19,203 bases of DNA from an uncultured archaeon (GTDB lineage Archaea; Aenigmatarchaeota; Aenigmatarchaeia; CG10238-14), in NCBI GenBank assembly GCA_964392445.1, contig CAYMPD010000020.1, positions 1-19,203 on the forward strand, read 5' to 3'. How positions within the stretch are numbered: position 1 is the stretch's first letter; each line of letters starts with the position of its first letter. Shown in pieces: positions 16,052 to 19,203 of this stretch. The notes under the pieces are model-generated. The model searched no databases, had not been told where the DNA came from, and saw only the letters and a list, made by a program, of their open reading frames with translations. A program made the translations under genes and the position numbers.

Positions 16052-17116
16052 ATGAGGGATATAGTAGAAGATGTTAATAGATTTTCGGGTGGAGAGTTGA
16101 GAGTAAGAAGGGAAAATAGGCACGGAGTAATTGCGTATCACTATCCACATCGAAGAGAAGAACTGGTGTATCCTACAATGGATTTAGGGAAAGTTTTAGA
16201 AAAACATCAAATGGGATGGTTAGTAAAGCCTGGTAGACCAGGTTATCTAGTAAGAGCACCAGAAGATTGGTTAGTAGATATATCTGATCCCTTTAAAGCA
16301 CAAAAAGGATCACGTGATAACTTAGTCCTTTACAGGACTCTTAAAGAACTGAGATCAAATAATGGGATATATGACCTAATTGAAGACGCCAGAAGATTGG
16401 TTGGGGATATTGATGTTTACTTACTAGATGGTCCTTCTTTAGAAACAGAAATGAGGATAGCTGGAAGCGATTCAAGAATAGGTCAAGTTAAAAAAGAGTT
16501 ACTAAGACTCGCCAGAGAAACAGAAGAATGGGAAAAAAACGAAGAAATAACCAGAGAAGAATTACCCGAAACGAGAAAAATGGGTGTTAAAAGATATCCT
16601 TGGTTCTGTTGTTCGGATACTTCAAAAGAGTTCTACGAAAGAATTGAAAAGGTACATAGAGTCATATCTCCTCTATACAAGATTGAAAAAGTGATGAACG
16701 GATTCTGGAATGAAATACCTGATGCAGATGTATACATGTTTGTCCCAAAATCAGGTTTTAAGTTAGCATTAGGATTTGTTGACTACAGAGAAAGTTATGA
16801 TGACGTGATGTTTTGGGAATATCATGCAGGGCAGGCACTAGCTTACGAAGGACAAATGTTTCCCAGACCTTTAGAAGGAAGGAATGTGGCCATAATAGAT
16901 ATATCATATTCAGGTACTACACTTAATGAACTACATAAAAAAGTATCTGATGAAGGTGGGAGACCATCGAGAGTAGCCCTTTTCCCAAAATCAAGAAGAG
17001 CTGTATTATGCTCAGAATATTTTATATTTCTAGACAAGATGAGAGAATCTGATGAGGAAGAATTAGAAGATGATTGGGCAGAAGAATTATACGTTCAGAC
17101 TATGAGAAGAAATTAA
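16052..17116 (+). CDS. Two-domain protein with a C-terminal type-I phosphoribosyltransferase-like domain
   Basis: EGRNVAIIDISYSGTTL resembles the PRPP-binding loop (hhhhDDxxxTGxTL), followed by GGRPSRVALF. It starts 1 nt after the radical SAM stop. Confidence 0.65.
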   Translation: MRDIVEDVNRFSGGELRVRRENRHGVIAYHYPHRREELVYPTMDLGKVLEKHQMGWLVKPGRPGYLVRAPEDWLVDISDPFKAQKGSRDNLVLYRTLKELRSNNGIYDLIEDARRLVGDIDVYLLDGPSLETEMRIAGSDSRIGQVKKELLRLARETEEWEKNEEITREELPETRKMGVKRYPWFCCSDTSKEFYERIEKVHRVISPLYKIEKVMNGFWNEIPDADVYMFVPKSGFKLALGFVDYRESYDDVMFWEYHAGQALAYEGQMFPRPLEGRNVAIIDISYSGTTLNELHKKVSDEGGRPSRVALFPKSRRAVLCSEYFIFLDKMRESDEEELEDDWAEELYVQTMRRN

Positions 17117-17118
17117 AT

Positions 17119-17565
17119 TCAAATGTTTAAAATAATTTTGTTTTCATTCTTCAAATCAATGTTTTCCAGAAATTTTTTACTGTCTAAATCCATTTTTAAT
17201 CCATCTAATTGACTTTTATTAAACAATGATAATTCCACTAAATCACTTCCTTTCTTAAAATTATCGTCCTTAGGTTTCACAAGAAAGTCAAATACTATAT
17301 GGTGATGATTATCATGAAACTGTTCACCTATTCTGAGTAAACTGTATTTTTTCATATCAAGAAAAGTTTCTTCTTTCACTTCTCTTTTAAGTGCAGCTTT
17401 TAATTTTTCTCCTGCTTCAACTTTACCGCCAGGGATCGTCCAATAACCAGGTAAGAAATTTTTATTGGAATCTCTTTTTCCTAAAAGAAATTTACCATTT
17501 ATTACAATAACAGCATTAACAACAGGTATTATCTCTATTTCCATATAACTTAAATAATTATCCAT
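17119..17565 (-). CDS. NUDIX hydrolase (MutT/ADP-ribose pyrophosphatase-like); alternative start at 17544
   Basis: Complete Nudix box WTIPGGKVEAGEKLKAALKREVKEETFL, preceded by FLLGKR. Confidence 0.92.
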   Translation of the reverse strand: MDNYLSYMEIEIIPVVNAVIVINGKFLLGKRDSNKNFLPGYWTIPGGKVEAGEKLKAALKREVKEETFLDMKKYSLLRIGEQFHDNHHHIVFDFLVKPKDDNFKKGSDLVELSLFNKSQLDGLKMDLDSKKFLENIDLKNENKIILNI

Positions 17566-17585
17566 TTATTTAACTTTGTATTAGA

Positions 17586-18485
17586 ATGGAAGAAATAGAT
17601 TTTTTATCCATTGGATACATTTCTAGAACCAAAATAATTAAAGATGGAATGAAAAATGATTATATCGGGGGACCTTCTTTAAATGTGAGTAAAGTTTTAG
17701 CTTCATTAGGATATAAAGTTGGACTAGTATCTCCAGTAGGTCCAGAGATTACAGAAAATGAAATAAGAGAAATCGAAGAACTAAATATAGATACAAAAGG
17801 TATATGGAGAACAGACAGTACTTTTCAAGTTATAATCGACAATGAGAATCCTCCTCCTTTAGTAGTTTCTATTTCAGATCCAATAGTACTTGAAAGAATT
17901 CCAAGAGTTTATACCAGAACTAATAATGTCTACCTAGGACCTGTAATAAACGAATTATCTGCCGAAACTATACTAGAATTATATTCTCTTATACCTCATC
18001 CAAAATTCTTCCTAGATGTACAGGGTTATACTAGAAGATTCCAAGGTAGAATGATGCCTGATAAAGTCCTAAGATGGCCTAACAAAGACAGGATATTGAG
18101 ATATTTAGATGTAGTTAAATTAAATGAACGAGAATTGAATTTAGTAGTGGGGGAAGACTCGGAGAATCCAATGGAAGATTTAGGAGGAGACTTGAAAGAA
18201 AACGGTATTTTGATAGTAACTAGAGGGAGAAAAGGTTCCATTTTATATAAAGATGGAGAAAGAACAGATATTCCTCCTAGAAAATCCAAAGTAATTAGAG
18301 ATGCAACATGCGCTGGAGATTCATATATGGGTTCTTTTCTCAGTGAGTATTGTAGACATGGAGACTATATACAAGCAGGGAATTTCGCATCTGTGTATTC
18401 ATCACATATAGTTGAGAATATAGGCTTAGTTTTACCTAAGAGAGAAGAGATTCTACGTGAATTAAATGGACCAATGGGGATTTGA
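17586..18485 (+). CDS. PfkB/ribokinase-family carbohydrate or nucleoside kinase
   Basis: IGGPSLNVS..LASLG, FFLDVQG, VVKLNEREL, IVTRGRKGS and DATCAGDSY (DxxGAGD variant) motifs. Confidence 0.92.
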   Translation: MEEIDFLSIGYISRTKIIKDGMKNDYIGGPSLNVSKVLASLGYKVGLVSPVGPEITENEIREIEELNIDTKGIWRTDSTFQVIIDNENPPPLVVSISDPIVLERIPRVYTRTNNVYLGPVINELSAETILELYSLIPHPKFFLDVQGYTRRFQGRMMPDKVLRWPNKDRILRYLDVVKLNERELNLVVGEDSENPMEDLGGDLKENGILIVTRGRKGSILYKDGERTDIPPRKSKVIRDATCAGDSYMGSFLSEYCRHGDYIQAGNFASVYSSHIVENIGLVLPKREEILRELNGPMGI

Positions 18486-18540
18486 ACCCCAAGCCTTCTG
18501 GATGCGAACCAGACGATCTACCAGGTTGATCTATTGGCCC
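18467..18540 (-). tRNA. tRNA-Ala (anticodon CGC)
   Basis: Minus-strand cloverleaf GGGCCAA...TTGGTCC-A with a G3:U70 pair, anticodon arm TCTGG-TTCGCAT-CCAGA and T-loop TTCAAAT. No intron and no encoded CCA. Confidence 0.95.
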
Positions 18541-18649
18541 AGACTAGTTAATTATTATAACCACAAAAACTATAAACTATTGCCTTATTTTTAATTGAAA
18601 CTATATTGGGTTATTGTTTTAAGCAAAGAAGTTAAAATAAACTATTGCC

Positions 18650-18898
18650 ATGTCAGATATATGTGTTCACTGCGGTAAATTTGCTACTCATTACAACAAA
18701 GAAGGACAGCCTATCTGCTTAAACTGCTACAAAAATCCACCAAAAAGATACAAATGTAGTAAATGCGGGGACATAATGGTTATCAAAAAAGGTAAGTACG
18801 GTTCATTCTGGGGATGTTCAGGTTATCCTATGTGCGATCATACTGTTTCACTTAAAAGAGCGTTAGAAAAGGAAAAGAGTAAAAGAAATAAGAACTAA
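18650..18898 (+). CDS. Small double Zn-finger protein ending in a topoisomerase-I-type C4 Zn ribbon
   Basis: CVHC...CLNC followed by CSKCGDIMVIKKGKYGSFWGCSGYPMC, the classic topoisomerase C4 ribbon pattern. Confidence 0.85.
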   Translation: MSDICVHCGKFATHYNKEGQPICLNCYKNPPKRYKCSKCGDIMVIKKGKYGSFWGCSGYPMCDHTVSLKRALEKEKSKRNKN

Positions 18899-18933
18899 TC
18901 TTAAATAATTAATAGACAAATTAGTTGAAGTAA

Positions 18934-19008
18934 GGGCCCATAGCTTAGCCCGGCTGGAGCGTCCGACTGATAATCGGGAGGCCGTGAGTTCAAATCTCAC
19001 TGGGCCCA
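18934..19008 (+). tRNA. tRNA-Ile (anticodon GAT)
   Basis: GGGCCCA...TGGGCCC-A acceptor stem, anticodon arm TCCGA-CTGATAA-TCGGG and T-arm GTGAG-TTCAAAT-CTCAC. Confidence 0.96.
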
Positions 19009-19021
19009 TATAAGCGAGGCT

Positions 19022-19162
19022 TCAATTTAGCGGGAGAGCAGAAACCATCCCAAAATAAAGAATGTCGTGTTTACTGCGGTTAGGATACAGTCGTCTTAAC
19101 TTCTCCCATTTCTCAATCTCTGAACCCTTCAAAGACAGACAGATTTGCTCTATAGTTCCCAT
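19022..19162 (-). CDS. Small 46-aa ORF not in the ORF track (possible RHH-like DNA-binding protein)
   Basis: Hand-translated as MGTIEQICLSLKGSEIEKWEKLRRLYPNRSKHDILYFGMVSALPLN*. The strand-helix-turn-helix pattern is suggestive only. Confidence 0.45.
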   Translation of the reverse strand: MGTIEQICLSLKGSEIEKWEKLRRLYPNRSKHDILYFGMVSALPLN

Positions 19163-19203
19163 AGACCGGTATATTGAGTGAGTGAGAATTTAAGAGTTAC
19201 TGG

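Noticed and set aside
4837-18289. Remaining nested or antisense ORFs in the track (4837, 6132, 6325, 7021, 9544, 10123, 12170, 12526, 13827, 14906, 15332, 16843, 18026)
   Set aside because: All lie within well-supported genes in another frame or strand and show no motifs.
19012-19060. GCGAGGCTTCAATTTAGCGGGAGAGC resembling a tRNA 5' half
   Set aside because: No anticodon arm, T-loop or matching acceptor strand could be folded. The sequence is largely the antisense end of the small ORF.
1-19203. CRISPR array, rRNA, integrase or transposase
   Set aside because: No regularly spaced repeats, rRNA-like stretch, or recombinase/transposase motifs were found.

Overview
An archaeal chromosomal segment, probably from a DPANN-type lineage. 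That placement is inferred from the archaeal-type aRF1 and ValRS, tRNAs with no intron or encoded CCA, GGTGA ribosome-binding sites and very compact spacing. Core genes (aRF1, valS, tRNA-Ala, tRNA-Ile, a metallophosphoesterase) alternate with accessory genes. A VapBC toxin-antitoxin pair sits between two copies of the aRF1 3' end, and glyA, thyA and folA form a bacterial-type thymidylate-cycle cluster. The most notable region is a five-gene nucleotide-chemistry cluster ending at tRNA-Ala: a CMP-kinase-like gene head-to-head with an atypical CX8CX2C radical SAM enzyme, then a PRTase-like protein, a NUDIX hydrolase and a PfkB kinase. Next to it is a GreA-like gene that keeps the catalytic acidic tip. 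The aRF1 has GGWSQQ instead of GGQ and no canonical start codon for its conserved N-terminus. No integrase, transposase, CRISPR array or rRNA was seen. All family calls come from reading motifs; no database searches were run.
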